Shown here: positions 24,554 through 34,379 of the stretch, piece after piece
Layout: every line of letters starts with the position of its first letter
Numbering within the stretch: position 1 is the first letter of the stretch
The notes under the pieces: generated by a model
The model's input: only the letters and a program-made list of their open reading frames with translations
The model's database searches: none
Told to the model about the DNA's origin: nothing
Made by a program: the position numbers and the translations under genes
Virus record (IMG/VR): IMGVR_UViG_3300012930_000006
Coordinates: 1-54,978 of that record
Direction: 5' to 3' (one strand)
Origin: a virus
Lineage: Duplodnaviria; Caudoviricetes
DNA: 54,978 bases

Positions 24554-25435
24554 ATGGGCATCTTCGACATCTTCTCGAACAAAAACGCGCAGGATGCCGC
24601 GAACGCGCAGATCGCCGGTATCAACAAGGGATACGGCGATCTCTCGACGCAGTTCGGTCAGGGGCGCGATGCGCTCACTACCAACTACACCGCGGGACTG
24701 CAGCCCTATTTGCAGAACTATCAGACCGCAACGGCTGGCACGACCGCGCTGGGAAATGCGCTCGGTCTGAATGGCCCACAGGGAAACCAAGCCGCGACGG
24801 CCGCATTCTGGGCAAACCCGGCGATTCAATCGCAACTCGACATCGGCTCGCAAAACGTGCTGCGCAATCAGGCGGCAACGGGGCAGCTTAATTCGGGAAA
24901 GACTAATGTCGACTTGCAGAATTATGGCCAGCAAGTCGCATCGCAGGGCTGGAACAACTACATCTCGCAACTGCAGCCGTTCCTCGGTGCGGGCAATGCT
25001 GCGGCCGGCGGTATAGCGGGCGTCGACACCGGTCTTGGTGCTGGCCTCAATCAGTCGTTCATGAACCAGGGCAATGCGGCTTATGGGGCGCAGACCGGCA
25101 TCGGCAACGCGAACGCAAATGCGGACTTGGCGAAGAACGCCGCAAGCGGAAACGCCGTCAATGCCCTGATGCAGGGCGCCAATCTTGCGGCCTTCGCATT
25201 CTCGGACGAACGGCTCAAGGAGGACATCGAACCTGTCGGCGAGCTCTACGACGGCAGCAACGTCTACCGCTACCGCTATCGGGGCGATCCGACCCCGCAT
25301 ATTGGCCTGATCGCGCAAGAGGTCGAGGTGCGCACGCCTGAGGCGGTCATCGAGGTTGGTGGCTTCAAGGCGGTCGACTATCGCAGGGCCACACAATACG
25401 CGTCAAAACTGGCACAGTTCGTCGAGGCGGCTTGA
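24554..25435 (+). CDS. DNA ejection protein (gp7-like) fused to a peptidase S74 chaperone domain
   Basis: Gly/Ala/Asn/Gln-rich body, then FSDERLKEDI...YRYRY...GLIAQEVE...VDY. Confidence 0.8.
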   Translation: MGIFDIFSNKNAQDAANAQIAGINKGYGDLSTQFGQGRDALTTNYTAGLQPYLQNYQTATAGTTALGNALGLNGPQGNQAATAAFWANPAIQSQLDIGSQNVLRNQAATGQLNSGKTNVDLQNYGQQVASQGWNNYISQLQPFLGAGNAAAGGIAGVDTGLGAGLNQSFMNQGNAAYGAQTGIGNANANADLAKNAASGNAVNALMQGANLAAFAFSDERLKEDIEPVGELYDGSNVYRYRYRGDPTPHIGLIAQEVEVRTPEAVIEVGGFKAVDYRRATQYASKLAQFVEAA

Positions 25436-25438
25436 TCC

Positions 25439-27301
25439 ATGGCCGATTACTCCGTCGGTAACGCTCCCGGCGCGGTCAGCTACGCGGCGCCGCTGCTCGA
25501 CTTCTCGCCCTTGGGAAATCTGGGCGACAGCTACTATCGCGGTCAAAATGCCCAGCGGCAGGCTGCAGTCGCGGACGCCTTCAAGGGTCAGCAACTCCCG
25601 CTCGACCCGTCGACAGGGCTTCCGGACTATGGCAAAATCATGCAGGTATTGGCCTCGAAGGGCGGCATCGACGCGATCACCAAGCTCGCACCCTCGGCGG
25701 CCGAACAATCCCTGATCAGCCGCGCGGGGCAAATTAGCCCGCTTCTGTCTGGCGGCGGAGCCACCCCAGCCAGTGGAGGCGGGCCGGCGCCGACGCCCGG
25801 TTCCTTCCCCGCGATGGCTGTCGGGGGTGGGTCCGGTGTGTCGGCGCCTCAATCTCTTCCGGCCCCTCCTGGCGCACAAGCCTCACCATCCTATGTCCAA
25901 GGCGGTGATAAGCCCGGAAGCGTGGTCGATCTGGTATCTAGCCGGCTACCGCAGGATTCACCGACAACCGGTGCGGTGATCTCCAACATCGCAAAATCGG
26001 TCGGCGTCGATCCAAACTCGACTCTGACGCCAGAGCAAAGCGCGCTGGTGACGCGGCGGCTGGACGGCTATGTGGCGCGCACCGGCGCCAGAGGTGCACC
26101 AGCGGGCGGTGCGGCGTCGCCTGGGGGGCAGGCAGCAGCGCTGACGCCGGAGCGGCTAGTGGCGGCTGGCTTCACCCCGGAGCGGTTGGCAAATCTGGGC
26201 GTCCAGGATCGCGCGGTAGGCGCCACGGTTGAGGATCGGTTCGGGCCGGCTGGTCCGGCAGCGCAACCGGCCGCAGCGGCTCCGGCTGCTGCGACTGCGC
26301 CGGGGGCAGCGGCGCAGAGCATCTCCGGCGGACAGCGGATCGTGCCCGAGGTGCCGTTGCCCCCCGGATACACGGACCCGCAGAAGGCAATCATGGCTTT
26401 GCGGTCGGAAGCCGCGCGGCGATCGGCCAATCCCTACGACAAGCAGGGGCTGATGCTAACTCAGTGGGCGGACAAAATCGAGGCGTCGCTGCAGCCGATC
26501 AAGATCGGCCAGGCCGAGACGATCTACAGCCCGACGGGGCAAGTTCTCGCGCAAGGGCCACTGGCGGCGGCTTATGGCGCGCGCGGCGGCTCGCCATCTC
26601 CGACGATCGATGCGGACGCGGAACGCTATCGGCAGACTGGGACGCTACCACCCAACATGGGGCGGGGCATCCAAGGGCAGCAGGAAGCACAGGCGATCCG
26701 CATGCGTGCGACCGAGCTCGAGATTGCGTCCGGCGGAAATCCGGCCGATTTGCCGAAACGGTGGCAGGAGTTTCGGGCGCAGGGGATTGGAATGAATACT
26801 GGCGAGCGCGTGCGCGCAAGCCGTGAAGAAAACCTGAATCTCATTCTCAAGGTCACCGACGCGGCGATACCGGCGGCGCTCGAGCAGTCCGAGAAGGTGT
26901 GGAGAACCGGGTTCGTGCCGCTCAACAGGATCATCCAGGGCGGCGAGATCATGACGTCGGATCCGGAATTGCGCGCCTTCGGCATGGCCAACCTGCAATT
27001 GGCGGAAGGCTGGGCTCGTGCGATGAACCCGACCGGAGTGATGCGCAACGACGATCGCGAGAAAGCGCTGTCGTTCTTGTCGACCGCGGACAGCGCGGCG
27101 ACTTACAAGCGTCTTGTCATGCAATTGAAGACGCAGATAACGCGCGAGCGAGATTCGATTAAAAGCGGCTCTCCGATGCGACAGGGCGATAGCGCACCGG
27201 CGCCGGGCGTCAGCACAAAAGCTGAAGGGTCATCGTCCGGAGATTGGGTGCCGATCAAGACAAAATCAGGTGTGTCCGTCGAAGTCCAAGAGATCAAATA
27301 G
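25439..27301 (+). CDS. DNA ejection protein (gp20-like position)
   Basis: 620 aa; Pro/Ala/Gly-rich with a helical C-terminus. Confidence 0.65.
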   Translation: MADYSVGNAPGAVSYAAPLLDFSPLGNLGDSYYRGQNAQRQAAVADAFKGQQLPLDPSTGLPDYGKIMQVLASKGGIDAITKLAPSAAEQSLISRAGQISPLLSGGGATPASGGGPAPTPGSFPAMAVGGGSGVSAPQSLPAPPGAQASPSYVQGGDKPGSVVDLVSSRLPQDSPTTGAVISNIAKSVGVDPNSTLTPEQSALVTRRLDGYVARTGARGAPAGGAASPGGQAAALTPERLVAAGFTPERLANLGVQDRAVGATVEDRFGPAGPAAQPAAAAPAAATAPGAAAQSISGGQRIVPEVPLPPGYTDPQKAIMALRSEAARRSANPYDKQGLMLTQWADKIEASLQPIKIGQAETIYSPTGQVLAQGPLAAAYGARGGSPSPTIDADAERYRQTGTLPPNMGRGIQGQQEAQAIRMRATELEIASGGNPADLPKRWQEFRAQGIGMNTGERVRASREENLNLILKVTDAAIPAALEQSEKVWRTGFVPLNRIIQGGEIMTSDPELRAFGMANLQLAEGWARAMNPTGVMRNDDREKALSFLSTADSAATYKRLVMQLKTQITRERDSIKSGSPMRQGDSAPAPGVSTKAEGSSSGDWVPIKTKSGVSVEVQEIK

Positions 27302-29806
27302 ATGCCGACTTTCGAAATCAAACATGCGGACGGTCGTACTTTTCGGGTTAAGGCGCCCGATCAACAGGCGGCCGCGGATGCGATTGACGAGATTCCCCAT
27401 GGCCAGCCAATCTCTCAACTCGGCGCTTTCACTGAAGGCGTGAGATCCGGCGTTACGGCTGGCTTTTCCGATGAACTCGCGGGCCTCAAGGCTGCATCTG
27501 GAGTGCCGAAGGGCATCAGGGATCTCACGGATCTATCACCGATGACGTTGCCAGCATCGGCCGCAACCGCGCTCATTGGTGGCGCGAGGCTCGGCTACGA
27601 GAAATTGACCGGACAGCCCGGCGAAGCCACCAAAGGATATGAGGAAAGCCGAGATGAAGTGCGCGAGCGGCAGAATGCCGCGCGCGAGCAGTTTCCAAAA
27701 ACCAACATCGCTGGGCAGGTTTTGGGCTCGGTTGCATTGCCAGTCGGCGGCGCGGCTGGGGCTGCAACACTACCGATGCGGATCGCGCGCGGCGCTGGCG
27801 TTGGTGCGGGCGTTGGAGCTCTAAGTGGTGCCGGTGAGGGCGAGGGGGCGGCCGATACCGCATTGCGGGCTGGCATCGGAACCGTAGCGGGTGCGGCGCT
27901 CGGTGCGGCTGGTCCTCCGATTGCGGAAGGCGTCGGCCGGCTGGTATCGAAGGTCGCAACTCCGGCGGTCAATATGGCGCGTAGCATATTCTCGCCACGG
28001 GAAGAGGCCGCGCGGCAGGTTGTCACCGGGGTCGAGCGAGACATTGTGGCGGATCCCGCGGCTACGCGGCGGCTGACTCCAGAGGAATGGGCGCGCGCTC
28101 GCGAACAAGGTCAGCCCGTGACCGTCGCGGATATGGGTGGCGATCTTACCCGCCGGCTTGCCGATGTTTCGAGCATCGTCTCTCCGGAAGGTGGAACGGC
28201 GTTGCGCACAGCGATTGATCAGCGTCTCGAAAGTCAATCTCCTCGGCTTGCCGATTGGATGCGCGGTTTGGTGACACGGACGGGTACCGAAGTGGCCGAG
28301 CCGCAGCCGGCGCGCTTTGGCCAGATCATCCGGGATGTGGCGGGCGGCGCCAACGCAACGCGCGATCTTGAGCAGTTGCAGCAGGGTGCGCGTCAAGCTA
28401 ATCGTCCTGCGTATCAACGAGCCTATGAATCCGGTGATCGGGAAATCTGGTCGCCAGAGCTCGAGCGGCTCACCAGCGCCCCGTCAATTCGCCAGGCGAT
28501 GCAGGCGGCGGTCAATAAGTGGAAGGATTGGCAGGTCGTCGACGGGTTCGGCGGCGCCAATCCAGGCGCAATGGTCGAGCGTGGGATGCTCCGATTCAAC
28601 GCGGGCCGCACAGGGGTTCCGACGTTTCCGAATCTGCAATTTTGGGACTACACCGCTCGCAATATCGCGGACAAGGCGGAAGCTGCGCGACGTAGCGGTC
28701 GCACGCAACTTGCGGCACAATTGGGTGGGCTTGAACGTCAGATCAAAACCGAACTCGATCGCATCGTTCCACAATATCAGGCGGCGCGACAGGGTGCTGC
28801 AGCATTCTTCGGCGCGAACGATGCGCTTGAGGCAGGGCGGATGTTCGTCCGATCAAATTCCAATATCGGTGAGGCCCGGCAAGCGTTGGCGAGGATGTCG
28901 GCGCCGGAGCGTGAATTGTTCTCTCGCGGCTATGCCTCGGAAATGGCCGATCAGGTCGAGCGCGCTGGCGACCACGGAAACCTGCTCGGTTCGTCGATGT
29001 TTTCCAGCGAGGCGGCGCGGCAAAAGAATCAACTCGCGATGGGCGCTCAGCGCGCGGAACGATTCGAAAGAGAGATCGCACCCGACCGGATGTTTCATAC
29101 GTTTGAGGGTGCGACAAGCCCGTTTGAGGCGGGGCAAAATTTCGTCGGGGCGAGCCAGCGCTATGGTATTCCGGCGGCGCGGCGGGCGATGTCACAAATG
29201 ACTCCGGAGCAGCGCGAGGCGTTCCAAAACGGCTATGTGTTTCGGCTGGTCGAAAAACTTGGGGCGACGGGTGATCGGCGGAGTATCGTCAATCAAATTG
29301 CGCAGTCGCCAGCGGCACGCGCCGAGATCCGCATGGCGATCGGACCACAGCGTGCCGATGAATTGGAGTCTCGCTTGCGCGTCGAGGGAATCATGGATCT
29401 CCTACGTAATGCGGTCTCGGGGAATTCGTGGACTGCCAGGAGGCTCTATGACGTCGGTTTGGCGGGTGGGGCCGGCTTGGGTCTTGAGGGCGGCGTTCAC
29501 AGCGATCCGAAAGACATTGCGATCGGCGGTGTGATTGCGGCGCTTTCGAGTGGAGGAAAGCGGGTGAACGCGAATGTCATGCGCCATGTGGCCGAACTAC
29601 TCGTCTCGAATGATGCTGGCCAACTTGCGAAAGGCGTACAGATCGTCGCGCGCACGCCGCGCCTGCTCGAGGCCCTGCGGGCGACAGATCGCCGGCTCGC
29701 GGCCATTGCGGGCGAGCAAACGCCAAATCTGCCGGCGGTGCAGGCCGGCGGCATAAGCCGCGCCGAAGGCGATGAGAAACAGGTTCCACGGCCACCAGCC
29801 CAATAG
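27302..29806 (+). CDS. Large DNA ejection protein (gp16-like position)
   Basis: 834 aa; glycine-zipper segments, AGFSDELAG, and an internal duplicated helical unit. Confidence 0.7.
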   Translation: MPTFEIKHADGRTFRVKAPDQQAAADAIDEIPHGQPISQLGAFTEGVRSGVTAGFSDELAGLKAASGVPKGIRDLTDLSPMTLPASAATALIGGARLGYEKLTGQPGEATKGYEESRDEVRERQNAAREQFPKTNIAGQVLGSVALPVGGAAGAATLPMRIARGAGVGAGVGALSGAGEGEGAADTALRAGIGTVAGAALGAAGPPIAEGVGRLVSKVATPAVNMARSIFSPREEAARQVVTGVERDIVADPAATRRLTPEEWARAREQGQPVTVADMGGDLTRRLADVSSIVSPEGGTALRTAIDQRLESQSPRLADWMRGLVTRTGTEVAEPQPARFGQIIRDVAGGANATRDLEQLQQGARQANRPAYQRAYESGDREIWSPELERLTSAPSIRQAMQAAVNKWKDWQVVDGFGGANPGAMVERGMLRFNAGRTGVPTFPNLQFWDYTARNIADKAEAARRSGRTQLAAQLGGLERQIKTELDRIVPQYQAARQGAAAFFGANDALEAGRMFVRSNSNIGEARQALARMSAPERELFSRGYASEMADQVERAGDHGNLLGSSMFSSEAARQKNQLAMGAQRAERFEREIAPDRMFHTFEGATSPFEAGQNFVGASQRYGIPAARRAMSQMTPEQREAFQNGYVFRLVEKLGATGDRRSIVNQIAQSPAARAEIRMAIGPQRADELESRLRVEGIMDLLRNAVSGNSWTARRLYDVGLAGGAGLGLEGGVHSDPKDIAIGGVIAALSSGGKRVNANVMRHVAELLVSNDAGQLAKGVQIVARTPRLLEALRATDRRLAAIAGEQTPNLPAVQAGGISRAEGDEKQVPRPPAQ

Positions 29807-29834
29807 GGCAGCGGTCACCAGATAGGCGAAAAAC

Positions 29835-30875
29835 ATGCCTCTCCCTACCATATCCACCCTCCGACGGATAGTCTTGACAATTGCCATTTTACTTGCTCCG
29901 GGCGCAAGCCACGGGGCGGGCTCGCTTCCTGTTGCCCTGGCGCAACAGGTCGATGTCAACGGGCGGCCACTGGTCGGGGCATTGCTCTACCTCTACGTCG
30001 TCGGGACTGTTGCCCAACCGCAACTAGCGTTTCAGGATACGGGCCTCACCGTGCCATTGCCGTGGCCCGTGCAGGCCGATGCGAACGGCCGGCTGCCGAT
30101 GTTCTATCTGGCGGACGGGGCGATCCATGCCCGCCTGACGGACGCCAACGGGTCGGTACAATTCGACTATCCTTCGATGCTGGTAATCGGCCCTTCGGGT
30201 GGCGGTTCCGCCGGTGCCGGTGTCGATCCGACCACGATATTCTCGACCGGAGACATAAAATTCAGACCAACTGGAGAGACCCTTTCGGGATGGGTAAAGC
30301 TTAACGGACTGACGATCGGATCTTCGCTCTCGGGCGCAACTGGGCGCGCCAATGCCGACACGCAAGCGTTGTTCATTTATTTGTGGACAAACTGCCCGGA
30401 TGCGCATTGCCCAGTGCTCAGCGGGCGGGGGGCGACTGGCCTCGCGGACTTCAATGCCAACAAGCAGATCACGTTGCCTGACTGGAGAGCTCGCGTCATG
30501 GTTGGTCTCGACGACATGGGCACGAGCGCGGCAGGTCGGTTCACCGGCGTGCCATTCTCTGGTTCAGATACGGCAACGACGCCGGGTGGCACTGGGGGAG
30601 AGAACACACATACGCTCTCGGCTGCGGAAATCCCGGCGCACAATCATGGTATAACGGAGCCGAACGGAGGCTTGGGACATTTTCATTTCAACCCGGACAC
30701 GGTGACGGTTCAATCCGGTGTGGGTGCCAACGTGCTTGGAATCGCCGGAGGTGGAGTTACAAACGGAACGTCGAAATCCGTGACAGGAATTACCATCAAT
30801 AATAGCACGGGCGGTGGAGGCGCACATAACGTGATGCAGAACTTTCAACTTGGCACTTGGTATATGCGGCTCTGA
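29835..30875 (+). CDS. Tail fibre: head-binding-like N-domain plus tail-collar domain, with signal-peptide-like leader
   Basis: DVNGRPLVGALLYLYVVGT..PVQADANGR; GDIKF..GWVKLNG..LPDWRAR..GGENTHTL..EIPAHNH; leader RRIVLTIAILLAPGASHG. Confidence 0.8.
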   Translation: MPLPTISTLRRIVLTIAILLAPGASHGAGSLPVALAQQVDVNGRPLVGALLYLYVVGTVAQPQLAFQDTGLTVPLPWPVQADANGRLPMFYLADGAIHARLTDANGSVQFDYPSMLVIGPSGGGSAGAGVDPTTIFSTGDIKFRPTGETLSGWVKLNGLTIGSSLSGATGRANADTQALFIYLWTNCPDAHCPVLSGRGATGLADFNANKQITLPDWRARVMVGLDDMGTSAAGRFTGVPFSGSDTATTPGGTGGENTHTLSAAEIPAHNHGITEPNGGLGHFHFNPDTVTVQSGVGANVLGIAGGGVTNGTSKSVTGITINNSTGGGGAHNVMQNFQLGTWYMRL

Positions 30876-30877
30876 CG

Positions 30878-31294
30878 ATGAACCGAAATCCGAAAACTTT
30901 GGTGCTACCGGAGTTCTCTAATCGGGAGGATCTATATCTGCCGTTCGGCGTATTCGACGACGACACGGGCGACCCGGTTGATATGACCGCGCTGGGTTGG
31001 ACATTCCAATTCGAGATTCGCCGCCTTCCGCCGCATTGGGCCGGAAATATCATCGCGGGCCCGTGGTACGACGACGATTTTCCGACGCCAATCATAATTC
31101 TTGCGCTCGGCACGGGGCCAAACTTCGTCAACGTGGTCGACGTTGGACAAGGGCTGATCTGGGTGAGCGAATCGAACATGGTCAAGCTGCGGCACCGCAC
31201 CTATTCAGCGGCGCTGGTGGGCAATGACGGGACGCGTCAGTTCCAACTGTTCAAGGCGACGCTGCCGATGCAATATGGGGGGGTTACGAACTAA
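30878..31294 (+). CDS. Tail accessory protein
   Basis: DDDTGDPVDMT..WTFQFEIRR pattern; lies in the fibre cluster. Confidence 0.55.
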   Translation: MNRNPKTLVLPEFSNREDLYLPFGVFDDDTGDPVDMTALGWTFQFEIRRLPPHWAGNIIAGPWYDDDFPTPIIILALGTGPNFVNVVDVGQGLIWVSESNMVKLRHRTYSAALVGNDGTRQFQLFKATLPMQYGGVTN

Positions 31295-31836
31295 TGGCTA
31301 GCCCGGTCAACCTTCGCATCTCGGCGCCAATCCCGTTTCCCGCGCTCGTTCGTGGTGCCGCGCCTATCGCGCTCACGAAGGCAAACGGGGTTTGGACGGT
31401 CTCGCTCGACGTCCAGAATCTCGGCGCGGTCGTTCCGCTGATCGCGCAATATGCCAGCGACTATGTTGTGGTTTGGGATTCGGTCGGCCTGACATTCGTC
31501 AAAGTGTCGCTAACCGGTCTAGGACTCGGCGGCGCGCGGCTGCAGCGTTCGGTGCTCGCGAGTCCGATCGTGATTGCGGCGAATGATCAAATCATAAACT
31601 TCAACATCAACGCAGGAGCTCCAACCTGCACGCTGCCATCGTCGATATCCCGAAACGGAGTTCCGTTGACGTTCCAGGATGTCGGCGGTCATGCCGCCGC
31701 GCACAATCTCACATTCGCGTTCACCGGAGGTGAACTCGCGGACGGTCTCGCCGCTCCGGCCATTACAGTGAACTACGGAAAGATGACTTTCACCCCGATG
31801 AATGATGGCGTCAATACGGGATACTCTATCTCATGA
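31294..31836 (+). CDS. Tail fibre-related protein
   Basis: TCTLPSS..NGVPLTFQDVGG..NLTF..GELADG pattern; coupled on both sides. Confidence 0.6.
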   Translation: MASPVNLRISAPIPFPALVRGAAPIALTKANGVWTVSLDVQNLGAVVPLIAQYASDYVVVWDSVGLTFVKVSLTGLGLGGARLQRSVLASPIVIAANDQIINFNINAGAPTCTLPSSISRNGVPLTFQDVGGHAAAHNLTFAFTGGELADGLAAPAITVNYGKMTFTPMNDGVNTGYSIS

Positions 31837-33848
31837 AACGGATGTTTTTCGGTTTTGCAATCTCTGTTGCGATTGCTCTCTCTTCTGGTGGAGTCTACGC
31901 ACAACAGCCTGCCGCAGGAAGGATCCAGATCGGGCAAGGTGCGGCGTTGCCCGCGTGGCTGGCGATGACGGGGGACTGCTCGCTTGCAAGCACGGGCGCG
32001 ATCATATGCTTGAAATCAAACGGTACGGCGTTTGGCACCGCCGCATTCCAGAACACCGGAACGTCTGGTGCGACGATTCCATTTCTCAACGGCGCGAATA
32101 CATGGTCCGGCACCAACATCTGGAGCGCTGACGGATATTTCAAATCTGGTCGGCCATGGGCCGACGTGCGCGCTTACGGCGCGGTCGGAGATGGTGTGAC
32201 CGACGACAGTGCCGCGTTTGCAAACGCTGCCGCCGCGGTCATTGCGCTGGCTGGTCAAGGTGGTGTCGTCTACGTCCCTCCGGGAACCTATTGTCTGTTT
32301 TCCGGATTCACCGTCAATAGCGCCGTCTCAGTCAATCTGATCGGGGCTGGATGGCAGAATGAGATTCTGAGTGTTTGCGGGCATAACGTCGCGCTCGTTA
32401 CGCTCGGAGGTGGCCGTCATTCGGCGCGTGACCTGTTTCTGCTCGGCTATAATGGATCGAATGCTTCCGCCACATCGGCGACGATTCATACGACATCGAC
32501 CTGCGTCGACTGTCTCATTTATCACGACTATATTGGCCTTGGTTATTTCGGCATTTGGAATGAGGGTGTCGATACCGAGATATGGACCTCGAATGTCATC
32601 AATACCTATAACACCGCGGTCTATGATTCAGCCAACGCGATGTGGCTCGTTCGATCTAAGATCGACAATCCATGGTCGGTCAGCGTTCCTGCAATCGGTG
32701 CCAGTTTTTCATCTTGGACTAATGCGCACGCTTATGTCGTTGGGGATGTCGTATCGTCTGGCGGATTTTATTTTCAGTGTTCGCAAAGCGGTACATCCGG
32801 AGGGTCGTTTCCCGCTGGACCGTATGTTTACGGAATAACGATCGTCGACAATGGGGCGCGCTGGCTGCTCGCGACCGCGACGAATGCTCATGGTCTTGAC
32901 ATCACGACAGGCGCGTCCGAGACGCACGTCCTGCAAAGCGATTTCTCCGGTGCCTACGGCGGGTCGTCGATCAGGATCGACAACGACGGTGCGGGGACTG
33001 CGCCGTTCCTGACCGCGATAACCGACAGTGTCGTGAGCCAATCTGTCAACAACTCGCTCAACGCGGTTGCTGGCTCTGGACTCATGCTAAAAGGCAATGA
33101 GATGGCCGGCGGTCTAGCTGCTGGCGGCTCGACGCTTGCGTTCCAGCTCGCGTGGGTTGGGGATGCAACGGTCGTTGGAAATAGCTTTATCAGCGCGCCA
33201 AACTCCATATTTCTGGGGGCTGGAGTTAATACATCGATCGTCGGCAATACGCTCGGATCGACTGCCGGCATTACGGTCGCCGCTGGTGTCACGGATTTCA
33301 CGATCTCCGCGAACCAGCCGTCGGCGAAGTATGGAGGGTCGTGCAGCATTACGGTCGCGGCCGGCGCGAGTACTCGCTATTCGATCGTCAACAACAATCC
33401 GGGTTGCACGATCACGAATGCGGGCACTGGCGCCAGTCAATGCGTGTCGGCAAATGGGACTTGCACGCATCAGATCATTGCGCTGACCTCGGGGTCTGGC
33501 ACTCTAGCGCAGAACTCGACTTCATTCATGCTTGGCTTTCTCCCAGCCGGCGGCTCGGCAGAGGCCGTCGCTTCGGCGCTCTGTCCGTTGGCCGGAACCT
33601 TCAAGAACCTCTATCTTCAATCCAATGCGCCGGCGGCTGGCCAGACGCTCACCGCTACATGGCGCGTGAACGCGGGAGACACGACCATCACCTGCGCGAT
33701 CACCGGAACCGGGACGACGTGCAACGACACGACGCACACGGCTGCCTGCACGGCGGGGCAATCCTACACGTTGAAGCTTGTCACGTCGGCGACATCGGGA
33801 ACAATTACCTCCGTCAACGGTGGGATCGAGTTTGACAACAGCCCTTGA
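31833..33848 (+). CDS. Tailspike (pectate-lyase-like beta-helix) with signal peptide and CBM-like insert
   Basis: DVRAYGAVGDGVTDDSAAF..VVYVPPGTY; leader MKRMFFGFAISVAIALSSGGVYA|Q; 15 Cys. Confidence 0.85.
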   Translation: MKRMFFGFAISVAIALSSGGVYAQQPAAGRIQIGQGAALPAWLAMTGDCSLASTGAIICLKSNGTAFGTAAFQNTGTSGATIPFLNGANTWSGTNIWSADGYFKSGRPWADVRAYGAVGDGVTDDSAAFANAAAAVIALAGQGGVVYVPPGTYCLFSGFTVNSAVSVNLIGAGWQNEILSVCGHNVALVTLGGGRHSARDLFLLGYNGSNASATSATIHTTSTCVDCLIYHDYIGLGYFGIWNEGVDTEIWTSNVINTYNTAVYDSANAMWLVRSKIDNPWSVSVPAIGASFSSWTNAHAYVVGDVVSSGGFYFQCSQSGTSGGSFPAGPYVYGITIVDNGARWLLATATNAHGLDITTGASETHVLQSDFSGAYGGSSIRIDNDGAGTAPFLTAITDSVVSQSVNNSLNAVAGSGLMLKGNEMAGGLAAGGSTLAFQLAWVGDATVVGNSFISAPNSIFLGAGVNTSIVGNTLGSTAGITVAAGVTDFTISANQPSAKYGGSCSITVAAGASTRYSIVNNNPGCTITNAGTGASQCVSANGTCTHQIIALTSGSGTLAQNSTSFMLGFLPAGGSAEAVASALCPLAGTFKNLYLQSNAPAAGQTLTATWRVNAGDTTITCAITGTGTTCNDTTHTAACTAGQSYTLKLVTSATSGTITSVNGGIEFDNSP

Positions 33849-33881
33849 GGCATAGCTAGGCGTGACACTGAGATAAAACAT

Positions 33882-33913
33882 AAAAGCGCCCGGCGGGGCA
33901 TCCGCCGGGCGCT
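33882..33913 (-). terminator. Terminator between convergent genes
   Basis: AGCGCCCGGCGG/CCGCCGGGCGCT stem with an A-run on the left, i.e. a U-tract on the minus strand. Confidence 0.7.
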
Positions 33914-33956
33914 CTCGACCGTGACAGGGAGGAGGATTAACCCTGTGCGGTCTTTG

Positions 33957-34379
33957 TCAAGAACAGAATACGTCGCGGTAGATCGAACGCAAGACCTTAG
34001 CTCGATCGCGCAAGGCGCCTTGATTGTTGTCTACCGCGCAAGCATGGATCGATGCCGCGAGGAGGGTGGTAACGAACTGGACCTCCCCGTCGGCGACCGT
34101 TTCCGATGTTGCATTCGATGCCGCGGACGGCATCGGCGCGCTCGGCTGCGTTGCCGCCGGCTCGGCCTTGATGGCGGTCCGGTAGGTCTGCCCCTCCCAT
34201 GCGCGCTCTGTATATTCGATCCGATAGCGCCGGCCGGGTTGAAACCGGCCGAGATCCTTTGGCCAGACGAAGAAAGTCTGATCATCCGTCGTGCGGATGG
34301 TGGCTTGTTTCTTACCCGGCGGTGCGGGCTTTGTCAGCTTGACGTCGATGACTGCGGTATAGATGGCCGACGCGTTCAT
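33957..34379 (-). CDS. Hypothetical protein, possible OB-fold ssDNA-binding
   Basis: Beta-rich N-half (FQPGRRYRIEYTERAWEGQTYR); coupled to the nuclease gene. Confidence 0.5.
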   Translation of the reverse strand: MNASAIYTAVIDVKLTKPAPPGKKQATIRTTDDQTFFVWPKDLGRFQPGRRYRIEYTERAWEGQTYRTAIKAEPAATQPSAPMPSAASNATSETVADGEVQFVTTLLAASIHACAVDNNQGALRDRAKVLRSIYRDVFCS

